A stretch of 63,834 bases of DNA, filler included, from Octopus bimaculoides (GCF_001194135.2; 5 parts of 5 records of this genome joined end to end with filler, not necessarily neighbours in it); one strand, 5' to 3'. Counted from the whole stretch's first letter, positions 1 to 14,619 are shown. Notes: a model not told the origin generated them from the letters alone. Made by a program: numbers and translations.

Positions 1-939
1 CACAGATAAAATCCAGAGATTCTCTGTATAGGAGACACTTAGTAGTGCTCAAAAGTAGATTCCGATGTCTTTGCAGTGGCGAAATTCCTCAGGGTAAAAA
101 TAGCTATCAGAGGGGTCAAGTTGAGCGGATAGAGGCAATTATGTGGATAAACAAATTAGTTGTATTAAATATAACAGGTTATGGTATGACATACAAAATA
201 TGTATATATGTATACATGCAAAATGAGAGAAAGCAAAAAGCAGAGACTTTTAGACTATGAATATTTAAGTATAGAGATATTTATATTAATAGAGCCAACT
301 TACACAGAGTACAAGCGACATAGAAAATATCAATCATAATGTTGGTAGACGTAGTTTATCGCAATACGCGGCCGTATGGAAGCAATCGACATTGGATAAG
401 ACAAGACCTTATATTTCTGATCTTAATGCAGAGAAGTTCAAAGATGTACTCTGAGTAAATTGGATCTAGCTATATACATACACCTACCATCAAATTCCAT
501 CTGGCACACTCGTCTCTAACAGTCTTGTGGCCCCTACTGTCATAATCATTAACTATTCCAAAACAGAAATCTAGCGATCAATTTTTACTGTTGTTGATTG
601 ATGATTAAACTTAACAGCTGTGAGACCGTTCTAATCTGTCAAGACAAGCTTGTAAATGTCCTGAAGAACATATTTGATGAAACAAATCAACAGCCTTCGT
701 TTTTCTGTGCGCGGAAGTTCCATAACATCTCGACTAAAGCTCTAATAAAAAATCAATTTCCTTTCCTCTACTGTATAATCCATGAATCCCAAAAGGAAAT
801 ATTTTACCTAAACTCGTTTTCACAGAGCTGTGACTACCTTTAATTCCCTGCATACTTAGTTGCATCTTTTCTCGCAGACCTCGTCCCATAAACGTGCGAG
901 CCAAACATCACCTACACTAAGGGTGTAGTTTTAGACTAA

Positions 940-1146
940 ATAATTATTTCTACTCTAGGTACAAAGCCTTGAAAAAAATTGGGGGAAAGGGGGCTAGTCG
1001 ATTACATCGATCCCAGTGCGTAACTGGTACTTATTTCATCGTACCCGAAAAGATGAAAGGCAAAGTCAACTTTGGTGTAAAGACGGGTGAAACACCTCTA
1101 AGCATTTCACCCGGGGTGCTAACGATTCTGCCAGTTCACCGCCTTT
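940..1146 (-). mobile_element. tRNA-derived SINE, family A
   Basis: Reverse copy of the ggcggcgagctggcagaatcgttagc...gagttcaaattcc...ctttcatcctttcgggg...aagtaccag consensus that recurs across the window. Confidence 0.8.
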
Positions 1147-1387
1147 GTTTCAGACTAAATAATGAAATAAATTGTAGTGATCTATGTGAAACTGCGGTTG
1201 ATATTTTAAGGCAACTATTAGAAGAACAACGAAAGGTTTATTGATAAGAGGACTCAATACTGAGTGTAGAGTCAAATTCACATTAAATATCTCAATGTCT
1301 CTTTATTTAAGTCTCTCATTTAGATATCTTCCTTTGAAATATCAACACTTCGCCGTCCATAGAACTGTCTATAGATGAGATGTCTTT

Positions 1388-1433
<46 letters not shown>

Positions 1434-1465
1434 AAGAGAGAGAGAGAGAGAGAGAGAAGGAGAGA
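1388..1465. repeat. (GA)n microsatellite
   Basis: Seen directly. Confidence 0.95.
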
Positions 1466-2286
1466 AATTTACTGGATTGATATTTTATTTATATAATCGG
1501 AGAAAACGAAAACAAGGTTAAAAAGCAAGATTTGAACCCAGAACGCGGAAAATCCCAAAATTCTACAACAGTTTCTGTCAGACAATCTGCGAACTGTGCT
1601 ATTTTACTGTACTGTTCACCTAGTCTCTAGTGGGACCTGTTAAAGTCGTTATGTCGGCTTACTATATTAAATATGCTCGACCTTACTTATGTATAAATTG
1701 TAATGGCCTCTAATACAAATATCTCTCACTGTTGAGTTACTCAAGATAGTGTAGAATATCTCGGTTATATATGGATTTTGCATGTGTATAGAATATTCAA
1801 AGGAATGAAATACTACATTATCTGCACAGAGAAGGTAGAGATAATGGTAAAAAAATTGTAGATGGAAGTGCGTCACTTCATGATATACTTTTATAGCTCC
1901 ATCTAACACAAGCTTTCGAAACTTGCGATTACGGACGAAAGGAATCTATTTCACGAGAAGCTTCCCATTCCAGACAACGTCTAAGGCAGATGTAAAGTGT
2001 AATAACATCCTTTTCTCACAATACCCTGAACGAGGGAACTGTAGTTAATTATGCTAAACAATAAGTTTACATTGAGAGACGTACATATATGTATGGATTT
2101 CTGGGAATGAATTGTACGCCACGTTCGACTGTTTAGAGTAATTTTTCTGGTTACATATGATTCGAGTTAACAACTACTTGCTACTTTTTTTGTTCAGTAC
2201 CTTAACAACGCAATCACATGCATTCTCTCCACTTAAAATATACGCTAATTATAATTTTGATCGAGACCTATAATATATATATATAT

Positions 2287-2324
<38 letters not shown>

Positions 2325-2823
2325 CCACTAAAAGTAACAACACAAAAACAAAATAATGAAGCTACTTTTCAGAAGCACCAAATCTTACTTTGTAATCGCA
2401 AAATTATGAGTTCTTCGTGCTTTGAAACTTGCAGCTATCCATCGACCATTTGTTCCTGGTGATTACAGTTTTCTCAATTGCTAAGCAGCAATGGCCATTA
2501 ATACTGGAGTCAACAGGTTTTCTGTCGAAAAATTAGGGAATATTCCGGCACATAATGACAATAATGAGGACATTAATTGATGGACATTTACAAGATAAGC
2601 TTTGATGAAATTCATTTTTTTCTTATTTTGGTATTTATCTGCGAAATTGCGTAAACTAAAACAACGGGAAAAAAAACTAAATAAAACGAATACTCTGTAA
2701 ATGAAATACAGACTTACGTATAGAGAAATATGGAGCCATACAGATAAGTCTCCATGCACATATACAAGCGAATATCATAATATATCTTTATACACAAACA
2801 CACACACACACACAGGCACACTA

Positions 2824-2881
<58 letters not shown>

Positions 2882-3873
2882 ACACACATACAAACACATA
2901 CATACACAGAGAAACATTCAGGCATGCATACACACAGGCTCGTGCATACATACATAAAAGCCACACAAACGCATAAGCATGTATGTAGAGAATTAAATCA
3001 GATATAAATTAAAACTTGGGAATACTCAGACAAAAACAATTTTTATACTGTTCTTTTTTTATCAATCTATGCGTATATAAAATACTACTGAAATAAACAC
3101 ACATATGTATGCAGGTACAGCATCTCACAGATGTACACATCCGCTTTAGTTTATGTATGTGAATATATAAATCTTTATATAGATATATGTACATATTTAT
3201 TGGTGNNNNNNNNNNNNNNNNNNNNNNNNNNNNNNNNNNNNNNNNNNNNNNNNNNNNNNNNNNNNNNNNNNNNNNNNNNNNNNNNNNNNNNNNNNNNNNN
3301 NNNNNNNNNNNNNNNNNNNNNNNNNNNNNNNNNNNNNNNNNNNNNNNNNNNNNNNNNNNNNNNNNNNNNNNNNNNNNNNNNNNNNNNNNNNNNNNNNNNN
3401 NNNNNNNNNNNNNNNNNNNNNNNNNNNNNNNNNNNNNNNNNNNNNNNNNNNNNNNNNNNNNNNNNNNNNNNNNNNNNNNNNNNNNNNNNNNNNNNNNNNN
3501 NNNNNNNNNNNNNNNNNNNNNNNNNNNNNNNNNNNNNNNNNNNNNNNNNNNNNNNNNNNNNNNNNNNNNNNNNNNNNNNNNNNNNNNNNNNNNNNNNNNN
3601 NNNNNNNNNNNNNNNNNNNNNNNNNNNNNNNNNNNNNNNNNNNNNNNNNNNNNNNNNNNNNNNNNNNNNNNNNNNNNNNNNNNNNNNNNNNNNNNNNNNN
3701 NNNNNNNNNNNNNNNNNNNNNNNNNNNNNNNNNNNNNNNNNNNNNNNNNNNNNNNNNNNNNNNNNNNNNNNNNNNNNNNNNNNNNNNNNNNNNNNNNNNN
3801 NNNNNNNNNNNNNNNNNNNNNNNNNNNNNNNNNNNNNNNNNNNNNNNNNNNNNNNNNNNNNNNNNNNTATATA

Positions 3874-3905
<32 letters not shown>

Positions 3906-3970
3906 CATATATATGTGTGTGTGTGTATATATGTGTATGTGTGTGTGTGTGTGTGTGTGTTTGAGTGTGC

Positions 3971-4017
<47 letters not shown>

Positions 4018-5015
4018 TGTGCGCGTGTGTGTGTCTGTGTCTGTACATATATAGATAGATCTTAATGACTTCCTAAATATCATTGGTGAAAAATGGATGT
4101 AGAGTAATTGCAGAAAAAACATTGAAAATACAAGTAAAAGCTGAATTTCTTAAAGCTGTTTCGGTGAAATGTTAAATACTTTCCAAAATTCAAAATTGTA
4201 TTTGTTCCTCGCTTACTATTTCATATTTTTCAATTTTTATAAATTATTTTATATATAAGTTTTCACATCGACTGTTTCTTTTAATAGTTTAGTTTCCGAT
4301 AGGAACTGGAATTTATGTGTTTACTAAAAGTGATAAGCCTCCGACAATTTCCTCATTTTACGTATATCTAATTTCAGATTCATGGCTTAACTCACTACTA
4401 CTTTTCAGACATGTATATCATCGGAGCAGCGTTCTGTGTCTATAGGAATATATGTATATCTCCATAAAAAAAGGAAATATTACTTTGCTTGTTTGTGTCT
4501 GCGCGTGCGCTTGTATTAAGCCAGCCATACTCGGGGACACGCTCACGTGCCCACTCACAGAACAATGTAAACGGATCTCTGTTGGGTTCGGCGATTACTT
4601 TTCCAGTTGTTCGACCAAATGAACGAAAACTTACTTTATGATTGAATGTTAGTTTAAGTATATCTACATGCACTTATGTATATTTATATACATACATATT
4701 TACATACGCATATATACATACGCATATATACATACATAAATTTATATACGCACGCACACACACACAAATATACATGTTTTTATGTATATATCAGGTTTGT
4801 GTATCTTCTATTGCAGTTCTTGATGATTAGATTTTCAATTAGCAGCTGCTATTTCTCCTCTTAGGCACCCTTTCTGCTCAGTAGGTAGCTATTTATCACT
4901 ATTATTATTATTATTATTGCTTTAATTATTAAGGCAGTGAGCTGGAAAAAACGTTAGCGTGTCGAACAAAATGTTTAGCGGTATTTCGTCTGTCTTTACG
5001 TCCTGAGTTCAAATT

Positions 5016-5180
5016 CATCAGCAGTACTGTTTTCTGCAAGTGCTCCACCCTTATTGCAGCCCCTATTTGTTCCTTGTACTTCTCGAGATTTTTGCTTACT
5101 GTTCCCTGGGCTCTTGCTGCTACCTTTTTCATCGGCCACAACTGCTTAACTTCCCAATCTAACCTGTCATATCTCTCAGC
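5016..5180 (-). mobile_element. 3' fragment of an RLE-type (R4/Dong-like) LINE
   Basis: AERYDRLDWEVKQLWPMK...GTVSKNLEKYKEQIG...EHLQKTVLL resembles the C-terminus of restriction-like endonuclease LINEs. Abuts (TTC)n. Confidence 0.6.
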
Positions 5181-5320
5181 TTTCTTCTTCTTCTTCTTCT
5201 TCTTCTTCTTCTTCTTCTTCTTCTTCTTCTTCTTCTTCTTCTTCTTCTTCTTCTTCTTCTTCTTCTTCTTCTTCTTCTTCTTCTTCTTCTTCTTCTTCTT
5301 CTTCTTCTTCTTCTTCTTCT
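5181..5320. repeat. (TTC)n microsatellite, about 46 units
   Basis: Pure trinucleotide run that produces the spurious poly-K and poly-F ORFs. Confidence 0.98.
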
Positions 5321-7492
5321 TGTTATTATCATTGAAAATAGTTAAAAGTTTTGATTGAAAATTAATTTTTACTGCTATTTGCTCGTGCCTCTGGGAAAGA
5401 TAAGTTGACGAAAATACAGTTAGGTTCATGACGAATGTCCTCCTAAAATTGGAGCGATAGGTGTGCTAATTTGTGGACGTGCATAAATTACATTCACGTA
5501 CACAAACGCATCCTGCGTTTATATATACAGATAACAGTTACTTTTACTTTTTGCTGAAACTGAGTAGTTATAATAATTATAGTTAGTTGTCTCCTGAAAG
5601 TAGATATTCGTAGAGTGAAAGGACACTTATTTATGAGAAATGTGAAAACAAAGAGTAACTTTTCCTTTATTTGCACATTGCCTTATTTTAAATAGAAATC
5701 ACTCTCCTGACAATCTCACTTGTGAGGCATAGCTATATGTAGAGAATACCAAATCTAACACATACTGACTCTTCTTATTAAAGGTACTCACCAATAAAAG
5801 AAATCCTACTAGAATTCTATTTAGCTACACTAAATAATACAAGGAGGTTTCTTTTTGAAAGAAAAGCTAGCTGTTGTGATAGTGTTCTGTAGTCGAAAAG
5901 AGCTCACTGCTTGTTCAACGGCGCTCGGTATGTGGCAAAAGAAAATATTAGAAATAAAAAATTATCAACAAAGAAAACACATTACTACAAACAACAACAC
6001 AGCCCAATGAAAGGTCAGAGTTTTCATTCAGATGTCATGAAAAAAGTAAAGAGACCATTGAGTTTTAAAAATATCTAATCATATCTCATCATATCAGTCT
6101 TTGGTTGTCATCATGGTGGATTTACTTCTTTCTCCTATATATTTTAGTTCGTTTATTTCTTTTGCCATTGATTTGCAATTTATTTGGAAACCTATTCTCT
6201 AGACACTAATCTCTCTTCCAAAACAAATAAAAAACATTTTACTGTCAACAGCTATGACAATTTAATGTTCATACACTGATATTTTACTATATCAATGCAG
6301 AGAGAGGGTTGTTGTTTTCTCAGTGTTTTTCGTGTTGACGGCTGTAGATTTTTTTCTTTTTCTGGTAAAGTTATTTTTGTTGTATTACTATCAAGGTAGA
6401 TTATATGNNNNNNNNNNNNNNNNNNNNNNNNNNNNNNNNNNNNNNNNNNNNNNNNNNNNNNNNNNNNNNNNNNNNNNNNNNNNNNNNNNNNNNNNNNNNN
6501 NNNNNNNNNNNNNNNNNNNNNNNNNNNNNNNNNNNNNNNNNNNNNNNNNNNNNNNNNNNNNNNNNNNNNNNNNNNNNNNNNNNNNNNNNNNNNNNNNNNN
6601 NNNNNNNNNNNNNNNNNNNNNNNNNNNNNNNNNNNNNNNNNNNNNNNNNNNNNNNNNNNNNNNNNNATATATATATATATATATATAATATACATATTTG
6701 TATATGACAGTGCTAGACTATATATTTGACATGTTTATTTAGTACCTAAGATACACAAAAGTGTTATTTTTGTTTTGGGGATAAAGAGATCTGTCCCCGC
6801 TTCCTCTAATATATAAAACCGTGTCGAAAGTATAGACCTGCACTTTCTCGATACATACGACGAAGCAAATATGGCGATTTGTGAAGAAAGAAGATGCAAA
6901 ATGGTCCTATATCTTTCGAGAAATGACGAGCGCAGAAAATATAGAGAGAAATAGAAAGGCAGAAGATGGCATAATTCACTTATTTGTCCCTGATTTACGC
7001 CTCTTAAATCAACATTTCTACTCGATTTCAAAAAGTTATTTCTTAAGAAAACTAAATAAAAATTTCAAGCAAATATACTATGGTTAAAAAGATTTAAAAT
7101 ATATTCTGTCGGATGTGAATTGCCCTTGGAATATAAAGAAATGATTGTTATCTTCGTTCTGAGTTTAGGTGTAAAGTCTTATGCATATATGTATGCGTAG
7201 GAGTGATGTGAGATGAAAGATTCGGTGTGGCGTGTTTAACTGTGTAAGATTCGGAAGTGCTAATTTATGGTAAATGGTGACAAGCTTAGTTGAGAGTAAA
7301 TTAGGCATCCTCATAGACTAGCGATTATTATGTGTACAACAGGTTAGGCGTTGTCCTAAGCTGTGTATTATTCTGTTGTGTGTATGCATACACTCACACA
7401 TACACGCACATGCGTACATCATGCATATATACATACATACACATGTATGTTAGTACATATATGTAGCAAACAACCCTAGAATCACTATGCGC

Positions 7493-7536
<44 letters not shown>

Positions 7537-9011
7537 GGATATGTGTGTATACGTGTGCGTGTGCGTATGCTTGTGTGCGTGTGTGCGCGCGCTTTTGTTT
7601 GCTGGTCAAAAGTCTCGAAGTGGTTTATCTTTTACCTTTCATCTTTTACTTGTTCCAGGAATTTGTGTGCAACCGTGCTGGGTCACCGCCTTGAAGTGTT
7701 TAGTCGAATAAGTCCAACCCGATACTTATATTCTAAACCTGGTACGTATTCTATCGATCCATTATGCCGGATTTGTAAGTTACGGGGACGTAAAAATACT
7801 AACACCAGTTGTCAAACTGTGTTGGGAAACGAATGCATGCACCAAGTCACATACACACGCATACGCACGCACATACACATACAAACACACACACACACAT
7901 ACACACAAAGATACATTTTCACACAGAAACGAAAACCTACACACATACACACACACACGCATATGTATGTAGGGGACGTACAGAAAAGAACCAGTCAAAT
8001 ATAGCTCCATAGGAAGGCAACATTTCAGAATTCTTTCAGAATTCTGCATTTGTAAGAAATGAAATATATAAAATTATATTCGATACTTCCAGATGGTAAG
8101 ATTGCAATGCACTCATAATAAATGGCTTTATCGCAGGCAAACATTCGGTTATCATTCTAATATTACTAACAAATAAAAGTAAAAGAAAATGCAAGAGAGA
8201 CGATTTATCAATAATCTGAAAGAAGGAGAACAAAATAGTATATGACATTATGAAACCAAATCATTTAAGCTGTATATTCAAAGTAGATTTATCGGAAGCA
8301 ACTTAAAGGATGAAACTAATCTTTTTACGAACCAGGCACATCCATAGAGTCGGTACTTGACTTAGGTCTCAGGAGTATTAACCAGGCAGCAGACAATTCA
8401 AAATATCTTTTTAGTGGGAAGCTAGTTTATTAGAAGCTATTCCTTTTCACAATGGTGCACGTTCAACCAGCATTTCTTTACTGTCCTCATCATGACTTCT
8501 TTCTCATATTTTTTTCTAAATTACAGGTTGGGATATATTTTTAACAGAGCTAGAAACAATGGACAACCTACTTTATCTGTAAACTACATTTGTTTTCTCT
8601 TTCTCCTGTAAGCACACGGACTGAAATTTAAAAGAGATGGCTAGTTGATTATATCGACTCCAATATTCAACTCATACTTATTTTACCGAGCCCGAAAGGA
8701 TGAAAAGATGAAAGACATATCGACTTTGGTTGAATTTGTACTGAGAATGTAAAACCGGAAAAAATGTCAATAAATATTTTGTCCGGCGTGCTAATGATTC
8801 TGCCAGCCTGCCATTTTTTATTTGATAAAATATTGTAACAACGATACAATTAACAAAGTGTTCTTTCCAGTGGAATACTTCAAGATAAACACACACACAC
8901 AATCATTCATTCATACATACATAATACCTACATACATACATACATACATACATACATGCATACATACATAGTACCTACCTACCTATCTACATACATACAT
9001 ACATACATACG

Positions 9012-9039
<28 letters not shown>

Positions 9040-9042
<3 letters not shown>

Positions 9043-9555
9043 CAATAGAAGACCATACATAGACATATTAATAGAAAGCTCCGGAATGATAGTAGCATTG
9101 ATCATCAAAGCAGTCTACCATGGACCAATAACCGGATTACGAATTCCCATTTGAAGGGCATGCGTTTGGAATCCAAGAACAAGAAATACCAACCAAATAC
9201 TTCATGCACAAACGGGACAGAGACGCAGGAAAAGCAGCAAAATGCGACCAGCGATGCAGACTTTGTGGAGATAACACCGAAGATATTATCCACATCATAA
9301 GCAGTTGTTCGTAAATGTCATCACAGTATTATTTAGAACACTGTATAATGAGATCTGTTGGAAAGATAACCTCGAGACCAAAGAAATAAGAACCTATATA
9401 ATGGTATAGCCAGTCATAATAAAAAGGAATAGCGGGGAAATGTCATAGTGAAGACCTTGATGTTGTTGAAATTCCAGTGAAGGAGTCTTGAATCTATGTT
9501 AGAAACTGACTGATTCTCTATTGGCAAGAAATCTTGAAATAAAACAGAATACTGA
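9040..9555 (+). mobile_element. Internally deleted RLE-type LINE flanked by (CATA)n
   Basis: HIISSCS...YYL zinc-knuckle remnant near 9290. The 3' tail (gttgaaattccagtg...ctctattggcaagaaatcttgaaataaa) is shared with 44010-44100. Confidence 0.6.
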
Positions 9556-10949
9556 CATACATACACACATACATACATACATACATATATATACATACAT
9601 ACATANNNNNNNNNNNNNNNNNNNNNNNNNNNNNNNNNNNNNNNNNNNNNNNNNNNNNNNNNNNNNNNNNNNNNNNNNNNNNNNNNNNNNNNNNNNNNNN
9701 NNNNNNNNNNNNNNNNNNNNNNNNNNNNNNNNNNNNNNNNNNNNNNNNNNNNNNNNNNNNNNNNNNNNNNNNNNNNNNNNNNNNNNNNNNNNNNNTATAT
9801 ATATATATATGTATATATATACGCACATACAGAAACACAGAGACAGACAGCGCAAATAACAGCAAGTATAGTAGGGGGAGCCTCTAATGGATTACTGAAC
9901 TTCCTAGAAAGATTTAGAAATATCTCAACAAGTCCAATTTTACAACCTTGAAAAAGGTAAAAACACAGTGAGTGCTCTATATCTAGGAACCCTAATGATC
10001 TGTTTTCCTAGATACCCTGGCGAGACTGAATGACTGTGTTTATAATGAGTGGTGCTTGATTAGACTTGAACTGAGAAATAAATAGTTAAATCAACGACTA
10101 TATCCGCTGCGATAGAGACAGCATCGTAAGCAATCTCAGCTATGACAACATTCAAACTCATTGAAAATGTAATGACTGATACGAACTTAAACGGTATTTT
10201 CTCTAATGAAAAACATTTCAAGCAGTTACTCAATATAAACGAAATAAAAATGGATACAGAAAATAACGAAAATAAAATTGATGTATAAACATTTAACCAT
10301 ACATTCTTCGAGACGTTTAAGGCCAATAACATCGGTTCTCGCCAGTGTCAAAAGTTCCTCTTTTGTTCTTACCTTATGTTGATGAGACAAACCTATTGTT
10401 TCTAAGTAGGTAATTTTCATGTGAGCCTTCAGGTGGCTGCCTTCATAGAGTATCAAACAGCCATCAGTTTATCGGCAGTTCGTATATTCCCATGTGCGTT
10501 ACTCGTGTCTATGGCGAAAACGTTTTAATTTACAGGTTGAAAAATATTGTTAGCAATTGCATTTTGGCTTGATGCATCATTTGTTAATCTAGATTTCTCA
10601 ATTTAATTTATATAGCTGGAAGACTTACCTACAACAGACCACTGTTGTGTAAAAAAGAGGAAAAAACATTTCTCTTTATTTGGTTAATGACGCAGATATG
10701 TAAACCCTTGATGTTTAGAATTGCATTGTAAATATTTAGGCACGTTGACGAAGAAAGACACAAAACAATACTGAGGCTTAAAATATACTTTATTCAAGAA
10801 AATACTCCAGAATCTAGTGACCCTGGCGTTGCCTATGTATAGATTTATAGATAGCTATTGATGTCTTTAGAGACGCTGTTAAGTATTATTCCAGTTGTAC
10901 CAGTTAATGTTGAAATGACAGACCAATTTCTTAGTTACTATATTCTCCA

Positions 10950-13200
10950 GCTAAATAAATGTAAAAGTTAACCTTCTTGTCACACTTCTGAATGAAATTA
11001 TTGTAAGTTATTTGGTCCTTTGTTAAACCACTATTAAGAATTTCTAACACTGAAAATTAAACCATTATTATGCGTTGTCTGAAGTTCTTAATGTATGTCA
11101 GTGTTCTATAGGTAATTTCTATTGTCATTTCTATCGCTAGTGAAGGTGCAATAGAATGTTTTCTTTAAAAAGTTGAGTCTGAGTGACAAGAAGTATTGAG
11201 ACTAAACTTGCTTCGTTGCAGATGTTCAAGTATATGTTTTATGTCAGACATCTTGATGTAAACCTACAATTGACATTCGATTTCTACATTATAATGATAT
11301 AACATAACCTCATGAATGACATTTGGCATCTATGTATTCGTAGTATTTAACGTTTTGTTCAACTGAAGTTGTTGAATGTAATGTCCTTTTTTAAATATGA
11401 GTTGTTGCCAAACTTGATCGAGCAGACCGTCTTTATAATGTAACAGAGAATTATATTATTTAATGTTTCGTTTACGTGCTTAAGACAATTTGAGGAATAT
11501 TTATCTGCATTTTCTAGCAGGTTTAGGGAGCGCGTAGACGTAACATTGCCGGCTCGTTAAGATTGTCATTTATTTAGTCATAAACACTTATTGTTAATGT
11601 ATGTAGAACATACAGCTCAGAAAGGCATTAACTAAATAATAGTGCATATAATTATGGTTGTTTATCATGAACAACAAATGTGCTATTTCTAATGTTCATG
11701 TTTTCTGCTACTTAGTCATAAGATCTCAATTTTTCAAAAAAAATCTAATGTAATTTCGAAGGAAACATTTGCTTCAACAAAGATGATAAACTCGCTTCCT
11801 TTCTTATTAACACAGTCAATAAAAGTAAGAACGTTTCCCTGTGAGACTGAAATGAAGTGAGAGACAACAATAATTTTTTCTGTGGAACTTTTCCAGTTTT
11901 CAAAGCGATTTAAAATAGTCACAAATCAGACACTGTAATGCTTTTGGGAAGCGGTTTTTTAATTTATATTGTTGTTACATATTCCCACCAGCTATAGTTT
12001 CTTTTTAAATAGTTATCTTCATTTCGCAAATTTGTTTCCTAAACGTTACTAATTTTTATTTTATGGGAATCTTAGGATTTTAGCGTATATTGTCCTATAT
12101 ATCATTTGCAGGTGCCGTCAATGGAATAGTTTTGCTAACACCGTTTTTGAGTATTGCTTTATCTTTGTAATCAATTCTTAAAAGCGACTATGTTTTGTGT
12201 GAAGCATTCGAGCTTATTGTTTACTACATGAAAAAAATGCGAGCAGGAGAAATAATATTCTTAAGATTATAAGTTTGGAAAAGTACAGGACAATTTATTA
12301 CATCTGGTAAGGTATAGAACAAGAAAAATTTAACTTAAAATATTGCAGCTAATGATAAAATTTCAAATAAAATATTTAGATTTAAAAAATATTAGCTTTT
12401 ATTAAAACTAAACATTTTATTTACAAGTTATTACTTGTTACTTCTATTAAAAATTTCAAATAACTCAAAATATTTACGCACTTTAAAAAATTCATTTAAT
12501 TATTAATTAATAATTAGAAATTTGAAAATGGGTTATAAAATATAATAGTAGTACATAATTAGTACAATAAATAGAATAATACGAAAATTAGTTATATACT
12601 ACAATAAAATCTACCTATAACAATAAATTCATATTGAAATCTGATTGAGTTATTGCCTAAGTTGTTGCCAACTCTTCACATTTTTAGTCTCGACCCAATG
12701 GCTATTTTTTACATAATGAATTTTCCTACCAAACATACCGTTCTACTTTGCATAAAAATGTAGCCATATTAGTACTTCTGGCTCTCATCTTTTAAAATAT
12801 TCTAATGAGTCAATATTTTAACAAAATGATGGTACATTTTTTAATTATAATGTCACTTTGTAAATTAAAATCAAATCATTTTTAATATTTAAATTCTATC
12901 CTTAGCTGCAATATTTTAAGTAAAAATGTTTCTTCTTCTGTACTTTACCAGAGGTAATAACTTGCCCTGGTCTTTTCCAAGTGTAATAACTTGTCCTGTA
13001 CTTTTCCAGGTTTATAATCTTGTGAAAATTATTTCTCTTGCTCGCATTTTGCCATGTAGTCCATGTTTTTTCCTGACTATACTCTTATGTTAATTCATAA
13101 TGAGTTGAATGTGTCAATTAGCGGTGTCGTTGATAATGCTTTCTTTAACTCAATGACGCTGGTGACATAGATATATTAAAAGTCCACTTATAAAACTATA
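10950..13200 (-). mobile_element. Highly degenerate Penelope-like retroelement relic
   Basis: Ordered RT-like remnants on -: KNGVSKTIPLTAPANDI (cf. G.aMGSPLSpvlAnif), WWEYVTTI (cf. W.RYVDD), QGNVLTFIDCVNKKGSEF (cf. LpFLDv). Many stops, recognised by eye only. Confidence 0.4.
12233..13060. mobile_element. Non-autonomous element with about 140-bp terminal inverted repeats
   Basis: 12233-12370 is the reverse complement of about 12890-13060 (actacatg...aaaatgcgagca...ggaaaagtacaggacaa...cttaaaatattgcagctaa). Very AT-rich interior, no clear TSD. Confidence 0.7.
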
Positions 13201-13670
13201 TTCATAAAAAAGTATAGAGCTCCTCCTCCGCGTCCACGTCCACCTCCTCCTCCNNNNNNNNNNNNNNNNNNNNNNNNNNNNNNNNNNNNNNNNNNNNNNN
13301 NNNNNNNNNNNNNNNNNNNNNNNNNNNNNNNNNNNNNNNNNNNNNNNNNNNNNNNNNNNNNNNNNNNNNNNNNNNNNNNNNNNNNNNNNNNNNNNNNNNN
13401 NNNNNNNNNNNNNNNNNNNNNNNNNNNNNNNNNNNNNNNNNNNNNNNNNNNNNNNNNNNNNNNNNNNNNNNNNNNNNNNNNNNNNNNNNNNNNNNNNNNN
13501 NNNNNNNNNNNNNNNNNNNNNNNNNNNNNNNNNNNNNNNNNNNNNNNNNNNNNNNNNNNNNNNNNNNNNNNNNNNNNNNNNNNNNNNNNNNNNNNNNNNN
13601 NNNNNNNNNNNNNNNNNNNNNNNNNNNNNNNNNNNNNNNNNNNNNNNNNTTATTATTATTATTATTATTG

Positions 13671-14396
13671 TTCAGTAGTTTTATTTTTATAGCATGCTTT
13701 CACTTCACTACCGAGCGCAGCTCTGTGCGCCTTGGGTATGTGCTGTGGTTTGCTGTGGTGCTCTTATGGTTACTGTATTGAAAGTGTTTTGCGTAGGATG
13801 TGTGCAGTGCCCAGTAGTGCAATTTTCTGTATGTTATATATATTTGTAAGTCCTGGTGTTTTTGTTATGTATTTGTCTGAATATTTTTTTTATCATAGCT
13901 AAGGCGCCTACTATGAGAGGAATTGTTTCTGTTCTTAGATTCTGCATTCGAGTTACCTCTATTTCCAGGTCTTTGTATTTTGAAAGTTTCTCCATTTCTT
14001 TTAGAGAAACGTTGTCATCTGCTGGTATTGATGCATCGATTAGAAAGCATCTTTTTCCTTCATGATCTTCGACAACTATATCTGGCCTATTGGCCTTAAT
14101 TTCTCTATCCGTGTGTATTGGCATATCCCAGAGTATGTTTGCATTCTCGTTTTCTGTGACCTTTTGTGGCGTGTGTTTATACCATCTTTTTTCTGTTGTT
14201 ATTCCATAGTGTTGGCATAGCTTCCAGTTTATATAGGTCCCAGCTCTATCGTGTCTGTGAATATATTCCTTCTTAGGCAGGACTGAGCAACCAGAGATAA
14301 TATGATTTATTGTTTCTTGTCCATCGCCACATATTCTGCAGATACTTGTTATGTTTCTTTTCATTATATATTTTTGATAATTTCTGGTGGGGAGGC

Positions 14397-14398
<2 letters not shown>
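13671..14398 (-). mobile_element. 5'-truncated R4/Dong-like LINE (CCHC + RLE endonuclease) inside (TAA)n
   Basis: CRICGDGQETINHIISGC...RHD...LWD...NRPDIVV...LIDASIP...KYKDL, with a frameshifted end QKIALLGTAHILRKTLSIQ*. (TAT)n on both sides. Confidence 0.9.
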
Positions 14399-14458
<60 letters not shown>

Positions 14459-14619
14459 AGTTGTTATTATTATTGTTGAATTGGCCAAAATGTTTAGTCG
14501 CTTTTTAGAGGAAAATTAAGACAATTTTTAAACATAAAGCGATTCATTCAGTCACCGTTATTGTTGTTTAGATTTAGTATCTGCTGCCCTCTCGTGAGCA
14601 GATCCATGATTTACTGCTC

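Noticed and set aside
655-700. CTGAAGA...GAAA spacing suggesting a second hammerhead (also checked near 17260, 31876 and 55238)
   Set aside because: No stem II, or no stem III and UH triplet, could be formed.
4929-5429. ORFs with long poly-Lys or poly-Phe runs
   Set aside because: Translations of the (TTC)n microsatellite joined to LINE and SINE fragments.
5443-5459. ctaaaattggagcgata resembles U6 snRNA
   Set aside because: Only 17 nt match, the flanks do not, and the ACAGAGA box is missing.
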